Assembly: GCA_963826115.1 (NCBI GenBank)
Contig: CAWGVS010000005.1
Span: 1,632,001 to 1,696,000, forward strand
DNA: 64,000 nt
From: an uncultured Candidatus Rokubacteria bacterium
GTDB lineage: Bacteria > Methylomirabilota > Methylomirabilia > Rokubacteriales > DASRDR01
Reading direction: 5' to 3'
Positions 1 through 8,861 of this stretch are shown here, piece by piece. The first letter of the stretch is position 1. Every line of letters starts with the position of its first letter. The translations under genes were made by a program, and so were the position numbers. The notes under the pieces were generated by a model that had not been told where the DNA came from, searched no databases, and saw nothing but the letters and a program-made list of their open reading frames with translations.

Positions 1-119
1 ACGCCGCTGACCGTCTTGTAGTGAACCAGCGCGGGGTCAACCTGCACCTGGGCCGTTACGACGCCGGCCATCAGGGTGGCCGCCACGGCCGCGGCCGCCG
101 CGATCGTTCGGATGCTCAT
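1..119 (-). CDS. pstS: Phosphate ABC transporter substrate-binding protein PstS (5' part; runs off window)
   Basis: Manual translation MSIRTIAAAAAVAATLMAGVVTAQVQVDPALVHYKTVSGV: signal peptide followed by the VDPAL..Y..VSGV start of PstS family proteins. GGAGGAGG RBS; lies downstream of the phoB-like gene. Confidence 0.75.
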   Translation of the reverse strand, partial: MSIRTIAAAAAVAATLMAGVVTAQVQVDPALVHYKTVSG

Positions 120-161
120 GCGGATTTCCTCCTCCATCCCACTCCAGGGTTGACGATGGAC

Positions 162-199
162 GTGTCGTTCACGTTGCGTGGCCGTTACGACTGGGTTAC
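162..199 (-). promoter_or_regulatory. Pho-box-like 11-bp direct repeats upstream of pstS
   Basis: Minus strand GTAACccagtc GTAACggccac GCAACgtgaac GACAC (units at 195, 184, 173, 162), then 10 nt and AACCCT. Confidence 0.7.
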
Positions 200-948
200 G
201 GGGCCGGTCGGCCGGACTCCCGGTAGCGGTACCCGACTCCCCGCACGGTCTCGATCGCGGGCTCGGGAAGGCGCGCCGTCACGAACTTGGCCCTGAGGCG
301 CGCCAGGTGGACGTCCACGGTCCGCGGCTCGACGAAGCCGTCCCGGCCCCACACCAGGTCCAGCAGCTCGTCTCGCCCGTACACGCGCCCCGGCTCGCCG
401 GCCAGCGTCGCCAGGAGCTCGAACTCCTTGGGCGTCAAGCTCACGGGCCGGCCACCCACGGTGACCTCGAAGCGCTGGCGGTCGATCAGGAGATCGCCCA
501 CCTTGATCCGGTTCCGCTTCTCCTCGGACTCCACCGGCCGGGCCCGCCGGACCACGGCCCGGACCCGGGCCACCAGCTCCCGGGTGGAGAAGGGCTTGGT
601 GACGTAGTCGTCCGCGCCGACCTCGAAACCCAGGACCTTGTCGCCTTCCTCGGCCCGGGCGGTGACCATGATGACGGGCAGGCTGCGCGTGGCCGGGTCC
701 TGCTTGAGCCGCCGGCAGAGCTCCCAGCCGTTCACCTGCGGGAGCATGAGGTCGAGGAGCACCAGGTCCGGCCGGCTGTCTTGGGCCTGGCGCAGCGCGT
801 CGGCACCGTTCGTCGCCACGACCACCTCGAATCCTTCCCGCGCCAGCGTGTAGCGGATCAGCTCGGCGACGTCTCGCTCGTCCTCCGCGACGAGAATCCG
901 CGCGGTGGGCCGCCGGGCGATGGCGTCACCCGACCGCCGCGCCGTCAT
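196..948 (-). CDS. phoB: OmpR/PhoB family response regulator (PhoB/PhoP-like)
   Basis: REC domain (ILVAEDE, LLDLMLP, GADDYVTKPF) plus winged helix (LTPKEFELL, RTVDVH, IETVRGVGY). Start moved to MTARR; pstS/ppk context. Confidence 0.85.
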   Translation of the reverse strand: MTARRSGDAIARRPTARILVAEDERDVAELIRYTLAREGFEVVVATNGADALRQAQDSRPDLVLLDLMLPQVNGWELCRRLKQDPATRSLPVIMVTARAEEGDKVLGFEVGADDYVTKPFSTRELVARVRAVVRRARPVESEEKRNRIKVGDLLIDRQRFEVTVGGRPVSLTPKEFELLATLAGEPGRVYGRDELLDLVWGRDGFVEPRTVDVHLARLRAKFVTARLPEPAIETVRGVGYRYRESGRPAP

Positions 949-958
949 CTCGCTCGCG

Positions 959-1330
959 TCACCGGTGGTCCGCATCCGGGTGTGAGTCTCGCGCCTCGGC
1001 GTTGCGCCCGGATGACGGCGAGGTAAAATCTGAGTGACCTCGTCCACGGGCGAGACCCGGCGGGATCCGCGATCGACGCCGGGTGGAAGTCCCGCGGCTC
1101 GGGACCCCGCGGCGAGGCCACCGGACCCGGATCGACACGTGGTCCACCCGAAGCGTCCGGCTGACCGCGATCTCGAACTCCACGGACTCGGACACCTGGA
1201 GGGAGACGGACTCGTGTCCCGTCAGCGCGGCGAACTCTCCGGCCATGAGACCCTGGGCCAGCTGTGTCAGGTAGAAGGCCGCGGCGTCCCGGCGGGCCCG
1301 TCCCCGGAAGCGCGAGGGGATCGTCTGCAC
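959..1330 (-). CDS. amphi-Trp domain protein
   Basis: RRDAAAFYLTQLAQGLMAGEF...SVSLQVSESVEFEIAVSR...SIRVRW matches the amphi-Trp pattern (amphipathic helix, strands, terminal Trp). Confidence 0.65.
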   Translation of the reverse strand: MQTIPSRFRGRARRDAAAFYLTQLAQGLMAGEFAALTGHESVSLQVSESVEFEIAVSRTLRVDHVSIRVRWPRRGVPSRGTSTRRRSRIPPGLARGRGHSDFTSPSSGRNAEARDSHPDADHR

Positions 1331-1352
1331 GAAGGCACCATGGGGTCCCCGT

Positions 1353-1368
1353 GTTGCGCGGCGATTAC
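1353..1368 (-). promoter_or_regulatory. Pho-box-like repeat upstream of amphi-Trp/phoB
   Basis: Minus strand GTAATcgccgc GCAAC, then 10 nt, CATGGT, 6 nt and GTG start. Confidence 0.55.
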
Positions 1369-1415
1369 GCGATCCGAAAGATTCCGCAACGGTGTACGAA
1401 CCGGTGGATATCCGC

Positions 1416-1431
1416 GTAATCAAAACGTAAT
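1416..1431 (+). promoter_or_regulatory. Pho-box-like repeat upstream of ppx-ppk1
   Basis: GTAATcaaaac GTAAT, 11-bp period. Confidence 0.55.
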
Positions 1432-1523
1432 GGCAGGCCGGCCTCCGATCGCCTTACCCTCGGGCGGTATTCCCCCCGGGGAGCGGTTGTCCCGGCGACA
1501 GCAGCCGGGTAGCATCGGAGCCC

Positions 1524-2445
1524 GTGGCCAATGACATCGTCGCCCTCGTGGAGCTCGGTTCCAATGCGGTCCGTCTCCTCCTCGCCCGCCTGGGGCCCGG
1601 CATAGGCTTCGAGGTGCTCGAGGAAAAGCGGGTCCAGACGCGGCTCGGCAGCGGCACGCCCGGCGTGCTGAGGACCGACTCGATCACGCGGACGCTCGCA
1701 GGCCGTCCACCAGTTCCTCGCGCGGGCTCGGCGCGGCCGGGATCCCCGGATCATCGCGGTGGCGACCGCGGCCGTCCGGGACGCGTCCAACCGGGAGCGG
1801 CTCCTGGGGCCGCTCCGGCGCAAGGACGGGGTCGAGGTCCGGATCCTGAGCGGCCGGGAGGAGGCGCTCCTCGGGGCGCTCGCGGTCCAGTCGAGCCTGC
1901 ACCTGGAGGACGGTCTGGTGGCCGATCTGGGCGGCGGGAGCCTCCAGCTGACGCGGCTGCGTGACGGGCACGTCGCCTCGACGTCCGCCGTGCCGATCGG
2001 CGCCGTGCGGATGACCCAGCGCTTCCTGCGCGCGGATCCTCCCGTGCCGCGCGAGCTGCGCGACCTCCGGGTCGAGGTGCGCGGTCGGCTGGCCAGATCG
2101 CTCCCGTCGGCCGAGCGGGGCGAGGAAATCGTGGCCCTCGGCGGCACCGTGCGCGCGCTGGGTCGCATCCACCTCGCGGCCCGGGGCGAGGAGCACCGGT
2201 CCCGCCACGGCCTGCGCCTCCAGCAGACCGACGTCACGCGCATCCGGGTGCGGCTCGAGTCGCTGCCGATCCGGAAGCGCCGCGAGGTTCCGGGCCTCCG
2301 GGCCGAGCGCGCGGACATCATCGTCGCCGGCGCGATCGTGATCGAGGAGCTCATGACGTTCGGCGGTTACCACGGCTTGACGATCTGCAAGCAGGGCGTG
2401 CGCGACGCGCTCCTGCTCCGCGAGACCTTCGCCGAAGAGGGCTAG
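1524..2445 (+). CDS. ppx: Ppx/GppA exopolyphosphatase (one-base frameshift near 1700)
   Basis: ELGSNAVRL in ORF 1524; ATAAVRDASN, ILSGREEA, DLGGGSLQL and RADIIVAG in ORF 1759; adjacent to ppk1. Confidence 0.85.
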
Positions 2446-2448
2446 AGC

Positions 2449-4506
2449 ATGTCGGACCGGATGATCAACCGCGAGCTCTCCTGGCTCGAGTTCAACCGGC
2501 GGGTGCTGGAGGAGGCGCAGGATCCGACGATGCCGCTCCTCGAGCGGGTCAAGTTCCTGTCGATCTTCAGCTCCAACCTCGACGAGTTCTTCATGGTGCG
2601 CGTGGCAGACCTGAAGCAGCGCATCTGGGCCGGAGACCACGGCACCGAGCCGGACGGGCTGTCGCCGACCCAGACGCTGACGGCCGTCGCCGAGCGCGTG
2701 CACGCTCTCGTTCAGGAGCAGCACCGGTGCTTCCTCGAGGACGTTCAGCCGCTGCTCGTCGCCGAGGGGATCCGGATCGTTCGACCCAAGGAGATCACGC
2801 CCGAGCAGGCAAAGGTGCTGGAGGAGTACTTCCACCGGACGCTCCTCCCGGTGGTGACACCGCTCGCCATCGACCCCGGCCACCCCTTCCCCCACCTCGT
2901 GAACCGCGCCCTTTGCCTGATCATCTCGCTCCGGCCCACCGAGCCGTCGGTCCTCCCGAGCACGGCCCTGGCGGTGATCCACATCCCGGCCCAGGTGATC
3001 CCGCGCTTCATCCGGCTGCCGGGGGCGCCGGGCGAGTACAACTTCATGCTCCTCGAGGACGTGATCCGGCTGAACCTGTCGCGGCTCTACAACGGGTACG
3101 AGATCCTCTCGTCGCACGCGATCCGCGTCACCCGGGACGCCGACGTCCAGCCCCAGGCCGGCCGGACGGCCGGCGACCTCCTGAAGCAGATCGAGCAGAG
3201 CCTGCGCGAGCGGCGGATGGGCGACGCCGTCCGCCTCCAGTACGATCCCGACCTCCCGCCCGAGGTGCTGGCCCGCCTGGTCGAAGAGCTGGAGCTCGAG
3301 CCCGGGGACCTCTATCCCGGCGAGGGGTTCACCGCGTTCACCGACCTCGGGCAGCTCTACTCCGCCGTGGACCTGCCGCGCCTCAAGGACCGGCCGCTCG
3401 TGCCGCATCCCGTGCCGGCCTTCGAGGGCGCGGCCGACGTCTGGAGCGCGATCCGCGAGGGCGACATTCTCGTCCACCACCCGTACCAGCCGTTCGACGT
3501 GGTGACGCGCTTCGTCCAGGAGGCGGCCACCGACCCCCGGGTGCTCGCGATCAACATGACGCTGTACCGCGTCAGCCCGACCTCGCCGATCGCCAAGGCG
3601 CTGACCATCGCGGCGCAGGCCGGCAAGGAGGTGGCGGTCCTGGTGGAGCTGCGCGCCCGGTTCGACGAGGAAGCGAACATCCGCTGGGCGCAGGCGCTGG
3701 AGGAGGTCGGAGCCCACGTCGTGTACGGGCTCATCGGCTACAAAACCCACTGCAAGGCGTGCCTGATCGTGCGCCAGGACCCGGACGGCATCCGCCGCTA
3801 CTGTCACCTGGCGACGGGCAACTACAACGTGCGGACCGGCGGGATCTACTCGGACCTCGGCCTCTTCACCTGTCGCGAGGAGTTCGGCGAGGACCTCACC
3901 GAGATCTTCAACCTGCTGACCGGGTACACGCGGCCGGTGCGCTTCAACCACCTGCTCGTCGCGCCGACCGGCCTCCGGGACGCGATCACGAAGAAGATCC
4001 GGCGCGAGGCCGCGCACGCGCGCGCGGGCCGTCCCGCCCGCATCGTGGCCAAGGTCAACAGCCTGGTGGACTGGCCGATCATCCAGGAGCTCTACGACGC
4101 CAGCCAGGCTGGCGTCGAGATCGATCTCCTCGTGCGCGGAACGTGCTGCCTCCGGCCCGGCGTGCCCGGCATGTCGGAGCGCATCCGTGTCGTGTCGATC
4201 GTCGACCGGTTCCTCGAGCACGCCCGCGTGTACTGCTTCGAGAACGGTGGCGCTCCCGAGTACTATCTCGCCTCCGCCGACTGGATGCCCCGGAACCTGG
4301 ACCACCGCGTCGAGATCGCGTTCCCGATCCTGGACCCCCGGCTGCAGGCGGAGGTTCGGGAGGTCCTGGAGCTGCAGCTCCGCGACACCTCCAAGGCCCG
4401 GCTGCTCCAGGCGGACGGAACGTGCGTGCGCGCACGGCCCGCGGGCGGCCCGCCCGTGCGGTCCCAGGAGCGGATCTACGAGCTGATCGGCGCGCGGCGC
4501 GACTGA
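2449..4506 (+). CDS. ppk1: Polyphosphate kinase 1
   Basis: NRELSWLEFNRRVL, SNLDEFFMVRV, VELRARFDEEANI, KTHCK (phospho-His), RFLEHARV, SADWMPRNLDHRVE. Confidence 0.96.
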   Translation: MSDRMINRELSWLEFNRRVLEEAQDPTMPLLERVKFLSIFSSNLDEFFMVRVADLKQRIWAGDHGTEPDGLSPTQTLTAVAERVHALVQEQHRCFLEDVQPLLVAEGIRIVRPKEITPEQAKVLEEYFHRTLLPVVTPLAIDPGHPFPHLVNRALCLIISLRPTEPSVLPSTALAVIHIPAQVIPRFIRLPGAPGEYNFMLLEDVIRLNLSRLYNGYEILSSHAIRVTRDADVQPQAGRTAGDLLKQIEQSLRERRMGDAVRLQYDPDLPPEVLARLVEELELEPGDLYPGEGFTAFTDLGQLYSAVDLPRLKDRPLVPHPVPAFEGAADVWSAIREGDILVHHPYQPFDVVTRFVQEAATDPRVLAINMTLYRVSPTSPIAKALTIAAQAGKEVAVLVELRARFDEEANIRWAQALEEVGAHVVYGLIGYKTHCKACLIVRQDPDGIRRYCHLATGNYNVRTGGIYSDLGLFTCREEFGEDLTEIFNLLTGYTRPVRFNHLLVAPTGLRDAITKKIRREAAHARAGRPARIVAKVNSLVDWPIIQELYDASQAGVEIDLLVRGTCCLRPGVPGMSERIRVVSIVDRFLEHARVYCFENGGAPEYYLASADWMPRNLDHRVEIAFPILDPRLQAEVREVLELQLRDTSKARLLQADGTCVRARPAGGPPVRSQERIYELIGARRD

Positions 4507-4541
4507 CGCGCCCGCGCCCGGTTCCTGCCCGGGCTCGGGGC

Positions 4542-4557
4542 GTCATCGAGATGTAAC
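4542..4557 (+). promoter_or_regulatory. Pho-box-like repeat
   Basis: GTCATcgagat GTAAC, then 10 nt, TACCCT and a nearby GTG start at 4580. Confidence 0.6.
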
Positions 4558-4579
4558 ACTCGCCGGCTACCCTCGGGAC

Positions 4580-4798
4580 GTGGCCGGGCTCCCCGCAGTC
4601 CTCCGCGACCTCGGGCTCTACGCGCTGGTGGTCCTGGCATTCCTGGGACCGATCGAGGCGTTCCTGCGCTTTCGCCTCCGGCAAGCGACGCATCGGGGCG
4701 ACCCGCACGCCTACCTCGCGCTGGCGGATCCGTGGGTGACCGTGGTCGTCGCGCTCGCGGGCACCGCCGCCGCCGCCCTCGTCACCGCCCTTTCCTGA
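4580..4798 (+). CDS. Small two-TM membrane protein, unknown function
   Basis: 72 aa with two hydrophobic segments; has its own Pho-box-like promoter. Confidence 0.55.
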   Translation: MAGLPAVLRDLGLYALVVLAFLGPIEAFLRFRLRQATHRGDPHAYLALADPWVTVVVALAGTAAAALVTALS

Positions 4799-4849
4799 TC
4801 CGCCGCCCGCCCGACCGTCACGCCCGCGCATTCCAGCGGTAGCCGACAT

Positions 4850-4876
4850 GTGACGACCTCGTCACGACCCCTCAAC
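4850..4876 (+). promoter_or_regulatory. Pho-box-like repeat upstream of hydrolase-GH3
   Basis: GTGACgacctc GTCACgacccc TCAAC, then 10 nt and TACGGT. Confidence 0.6.
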
Positions 4877-4973
4877 GCACCCCCGTTACGGTGCGGACAG
4901 ACGCAGTCCTCGTCCGCGAGAGGACCGCCGACGCCAGAACCGTGCGAGGGCCCGAGACGGGCAGGAGGACGGC

Positions 4974-5749
4974 GTGAGCGAAGCGACGGTCGTGACGGAG
5001 TTCCGCTGGATCGAGGCGGGCGACGGGATCCCGGTCCTGTGCCTTCACGGGCTCTTCGGCGCGAGTGACCACTGGGAGCGCCTCGTCGACGAGCTCTCCC
5101 CCGCTGCCGCGCCATGGCGCTGACCCTGCCCATCTTCGAGACCCCGCCGGACGACCTCTCGGTGACGGGGCTCCGCGCCCACGTGGAGGCGTTCATGGAG
5201 GCCGAGCGCGTGCCTCCGGCGATCGTGGTCGGCAACTCGCTGGGCGGGCACGTCGCGCTCGACCTCGCGCTCCACGCGCCGGAGCGCGTGCGGGGTCTCG
5301 TCCTGTCGGGATCCTCCGGGCTCTTCGAGCGGAGCTTCACGCGCGGGGTCCCGCACCGCCCCTCCGCGACGTTCGTGCGCGAGAAGATGACCGAGGTGTT
5401 CCATGACCCGGCCATGGTCACCCCCGAGTGGGTCGAGGAGATCCGCGAGCTCGTGAGCCAGCGAAGCTACGTCCTGCGGGTCCTTCAGGTGAGCCGCTCG
5501 GCCAGGCGCTACAACCTGGAGGACCGGCTCGGCGAGATCCGGTGCCCGACGCTCCTCGTGTGGGGCACGGAAGACCGCGTGACGCCGCGGGACGTCGCCA
5601 TCCGGTTCCTCGACGGCATCCCCTCCGCCACGATCCGGCTCGTGCCCGAGTGCGGCCACGCGCCGATGCTCGAGCAGCCGGAGGCCTTCGCCCGCGCGGT
5701 CGACGAGTTCCTCGACCTGTTCGAGGCGGAGGCCGTCGCGGCGCCGTGA
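4974..5749 (+). CDS. Alpha/beta hydrolase (frameshift in C-run near 5100)
   Basis: Frame from 4974 gives FRWIEAGDGIPVLCLHGLFGASDHW. It continues in ORF 5114 with the GNSLGG nucleophile elbow, WGTEDRV and CGHAPMLE. Confidence 0.85.
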
Positions 5750-7284
5750 GCCTGCTGGCGCGGCTCGATCGCCCGGTCGCCTGGCTGGCCGATCGGCGGC
5801 TCCGCCAGATGGAGGCCGTCTGGCGGGCTCCTCTGCCGGTCCAGGAGCAGACGCTCGAGACCATGGTCCAGCGCGCGCGCGACACCCTGTGGGGCCGCCG
5901 GCACGGGTTCCGCGACATCCGCGGCGTCGCCGACTACCAGCGACGCGTCCCGATCAGCACCTACCTGGACATCCGGCGCCTGATCGAGCGGGCGATCGGT
6001 GGCCAGCGGAACGTTCTCTGGCCGGGACGACCTGCCCACTACTGCAAGACGTCGGGCACCACGGCGGGCGACAAGTTCATCCCGGTCACCCGCGAGGCGT
6101 TCCGGATGCACCGGCGCGGCGGGCTCGACGCGCTCCTCCTCGCGCTCCGCCGCGTGGGGCGCGCGGAGGCCCTGGACGGGCCGCTGCTGTTCCTCGGAGG
6201 CAGCACCCGGACGGAGCCGCTCGGGAATCACGCCGAGGTCGGAGACCTGTCCGGCCTGGCGGCGCGGCGGCTCCCCCCGTGGATCCGGCGCCGGTACGCG
6301 CCGGGACCGGAGATCGCCGCGATTCCCGACTGGGAGGAGCGCCTGGCGGCCACCGCGCGCCGCGCGCTCCGCCAGGACCTGCGCCTGATCTCCGGCATGC
6401 CGTCCTGGATGCTGGTCTTCTTCGAGCGCGTCCGGGAGCTGGCGGAGGCGCCGAAGCTCCGGCTCGGGGACCTGTGGCCGAACCTCTCCGTCTTCATCCA
6501 CGGCGGCGTGCGGATGGATCCGTACCGGAGAGTCCTCGACGCGGCCCTCGGGCGTCCCCTGCACTACCTCGAGGTGTACCCGGCGTCCGAGGGCTTCGTG
6601 GGAATCCAGGTCGGCGCGGACGACCCCGGCCTCACGCTCATGCTCGACTACGGCATCTTCTACGAGTTCGTGCCCGTGGCCGAGCTCGACGCTCCCAACC
6701 CCCGGCGCCTGACCATCGCCCAGGTTCGAGTGGGCGACCCCTACGCGATCCTCCTCACGACGCCGGCGGGTCTCTGGAGCTACCTCCTCGGCGACACCGT
6801 CCGCTTCGTCTCGCTGGACCCGCCCCAGCTCGTGATCACGGGCCGAACGGGCCACTTCGTCAACGCGTTCGGCGAGAACGTGATCGTCGAGGAGGTCGAG
6901 CGGGCCGCGGCGCGGGCCTGCGTCCTCACCCGCGCCGAGCTGGTCGAGTTCACGGTGGCGCCGGTCTACCCGAACGGCCACGCCCAGCCTGCCCGGCACG
7001 AGTGGGCCGTCGAGTTCCGGGCCTTTCCCTCGAGCCTCGACGGCTTCGCCCATGCGGTGGACGACGAGCTCCAGACGCTCAACACGGACTACCGCACGAA
7101 GCGGACCGGCAACGTCGGCATGGCCGCACCTCGCGTGACCCCCGTGGCGTCGGGCACCTTCCATCGATGGCTCGCCAACCGGGACAAGCTCGGTGACCAG
7201 CACAAGGTCCCGCGAGCGAGCAACCAGCGCGACGTGATCGAGGCCGTGCTGGCGGCGGGCGCCGTGGAGCGCGCTGCCGGCTGA
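5746..7284 (+). CDS. GH3 family acyl-acid amido synthetase-like protein
   Basis: KTSGTTAG-KFIP, YPASEGF, YLLGDTV, NAFGENV and HKVPR motifs; GTGA overlap with the hydrolase. Confidence 0.85.
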   Translation: MSLLARLDRPVAWLADRRLRQMEAVWRAPLPVQEQTLETMVQRARDTLWGRRHGFRDIRGVADYQRRVPISTYLDIRRLIERAIGGQRNVLWPGRPAHYCKTSGTTAGDKFIPVTREAFRMHRRGGLDALLLALRRVGRAEALDGPLLFLGGSTRTEPLGNHAEVGDLSGLAARRLPPWIRRRYAPGPEIAAIPDWEERLAATARRALRQDLRLISGMPSWMLVFFERVRELAEAPKLRLGDLWPNLSVFIHGGVRMDPYRRVLDAALGRPLHYLEVYPASEGFVGIQVGADDPGLTLMLDYGIFYEFVPVAELDAPNPRRLTIAQVRVGDPYAILLTTPAGLWSYLLGDTVRFVSLDPPQLVITGRTGHFVNAFGENVIVEEVERAAARACVLTRAELVEFTVAPVYPNGHAQPARHEWAVEFRAFPSSLDGFAHAVDDELQTLNTDYRTKRTGNVGMAAPRVTPVASGTFHRWLANRDKLGDQHKVPRASNQRDVIEAVLAAGAVERAAG

Positions 7285-7292
7285 CGCGCCCC

Positions 7293-7994
7293 GTGCGCCT
7301 CGCCCGCCCCTGCCGCCGCCCCCCGGTTGACGCCGCGACGGAGAGCGCGGACTCTCGACCCATCGAACCGCACGGCGCTCCGAGACGCACGACCGCCGCA
7401 CGGGCGAGCCGGACCCGGTCTCGTCTCGGACGGGCGCTCGTCGCGGTCGCCGCGTGCGGCGCCATGGCCGCTCTCCCCGCCGACGCCGAGCTCCGGTTCC
7501 GTCCGCAAGACTACCGCTCGAAGGCCACCTTCGAGCTGATCGTCGAGGCGTCACAGACCGTCAGGCCCGGCAAGAGCACCCTCGTCACCGAGAGCGCGTT
7601 TGCCACGCGCGTCCGCGGACTCACGCCGGGAAACTCCGACGGTCTGGAGATCCACTTCTTCACGAAGCCGATCACCGAGGCGTCCCGGACCGACCTCCTG
7701 GCGAACGACGCCCGCGAGCTGAAGAAGGGCAGCCATGCCGTCCTCGTGCTGTTCCTGGGCAAGGACGGCCGGGTCTGGCAGGCGAACCTGGCTCAGGTGA
7801 TGCCGGGCACGACGGTGGGGCGGACGGTGGCGTGGAAGCCGGAGGGACTGGCCCAGCTCGCGCCCTTCCGATTCGACGGCGCGCGGCTCCGCCTCCGGAG
7901 CAAGGGCGTCTACCGGGAATCCGGGGCGGAGAGGCTGACGATGTCCTGGGAGGTCGATGTGGACCTTCCCGTCTTCGATCCCGCCGCGCCCTGA
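7293..7994 (+). CDS. Hypothetical exported protein (start uncertain)
   Basis: Signal-like RALVAVAACGAMAALPADA followed by a beta-rich, protein-like sequence. Confidence 0.55.
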   Translation: MRLARPCRRPPVDAATESADSRPIEPHGAPRRTTAARASRTRSRLGRALVAVAACGAMAALPADAELRFRPQDYRSKATFELIVEASQTVRPGKSTLVTESAFATRVRGLTPGNSDGLEIHFFTKPITEASRTDLLANDARELKKGSHAVLVLFLGKDGRVWQANLAQVMPGTTVGRTVAWKPEGLAQLAPFRFDGARLRLRSKGVYRESGAERLTMSWEVDVDLPVFDPAAP

Positions 7995-8081
7995 GCCCGC
8001 GCGGCTCGCACCGCCGGCCGGATCCGGGCGGGCGCCGTCAGCGGCCCTCAGCGCTGCGACGGCAGGCGCGAACGGCGAGCG

Positions 8082-8702
8082 TCAGAGATCGTCGAAGTTC
8101 ACCGAGTCGAGCTCACCGACGATCGAGCCGCCGACGATGACCTCCCAGTTCTCGTTCACCTGGAAGTTCGACACCTTTGGCAGGGAGCGCTGGAAGCGCA
8201 TCAGGTTGACGCAGTTGAGCACCTCGGTGTCGAAGTGCGACAGGAGGAGCCGCAGCGCGTCCTTCGGCCGGAAGTCCTTGCAGCTGAACGCGTCGAACGC
8301 GTAGTAGTTGTCCTCGTCCCAGGTGTGGATCGCGGCGTGGGACTCCGCCCAGATGCTCACGCCGGTCACCCCGCTCTCCTCCATCTGCCGCTTCCGCAGG
8401 AATTCCCGCATGACGCGGACCGGAGCCAGCGTGAGGTCCACCGGCAGCGAAGCCTCCGCCAGGTTCCTCGCCTTGGCCGTCAGCTCAACCTCGATGTCGT
8501 CGCAGAACGTCGCCAGCTCGCCGTTGGCGAACGGATACCGGAACACGATCGGCGGCAGGACGAGCGTCATGTCGAGGTTGCGCGCGAGCGCTTCGAGGAG
8601 CGTGAACACGGTGTCCGTCGACGTCAGGTTCCGGCGGTTGAACGTCGAGGCGTCGATGATCAGATGGCGCCCCACGAAGTCACTACGCTTCGCATCCTCC
8701 AC
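8082..8702 (-). CDS. speD: Pyruvoyl-dependent S-adenosylmethionine decarboxylase family proenzyme with an internal insertion
   Basis: GRHLIID...GVTGVSIWAESHAAIHTW...DAFSC (E-S autocleavage site); AGGAG RBS before GTG at 8702. Confidence 0.75.
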   Translation of the reverse strand: MEDAKRSDFVGRHLIIDASTFNRRNLTSTDTVFTLLEALARNLDMTLVLPPIVFRYPFANGELATFCDDIEVELTAKARNLAEASLPVDLTLAPVRVMREFLRKRQMEESGVTGVSIWAESHAAIHTWDEDNYYAFDAFSCKDFRPKDALRLLLSHFDTEVLNCVNLMRFQRSLPKVSNFQVNENWEVIVGGSIVGELDSVNFDDL

Positions 8703-8799
8703 GGTCGACTCCTTTCTCGGGTCCTGTCGCGCGTCTGAACCGCATCCTGCCAGCGGGCTCATGGAACCCGCTCATGAATTCTCACGGGTTCCGCCCCCC

Positions 8800-8837
8800 G
8801 ACACGTAAGCGTGACACATTTGTCATCTTCACGCAGC
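8800..8837 (+). promoter_or_regulatory. Pho-box-like repeats upstream of phnC
   Basis: GACACgtaagc GTGACacattt GTCATcttcac GCAGC, then 10 nt and TAGCGT. Confidence 0.65.
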
Positions 8838-8861
8838 CGCCGGCATCTAGCGTCGTGGCTG

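Noticed and set aside
1684-4305. Long antisense and alternate-frame ORFs (also 13247-15658, 18732-21632, 52176-54647 and others)
   Set aside because: These are shadow ORFs expected in very high-GC DNA; they are R/G/P/A-rich and carry no family motifs
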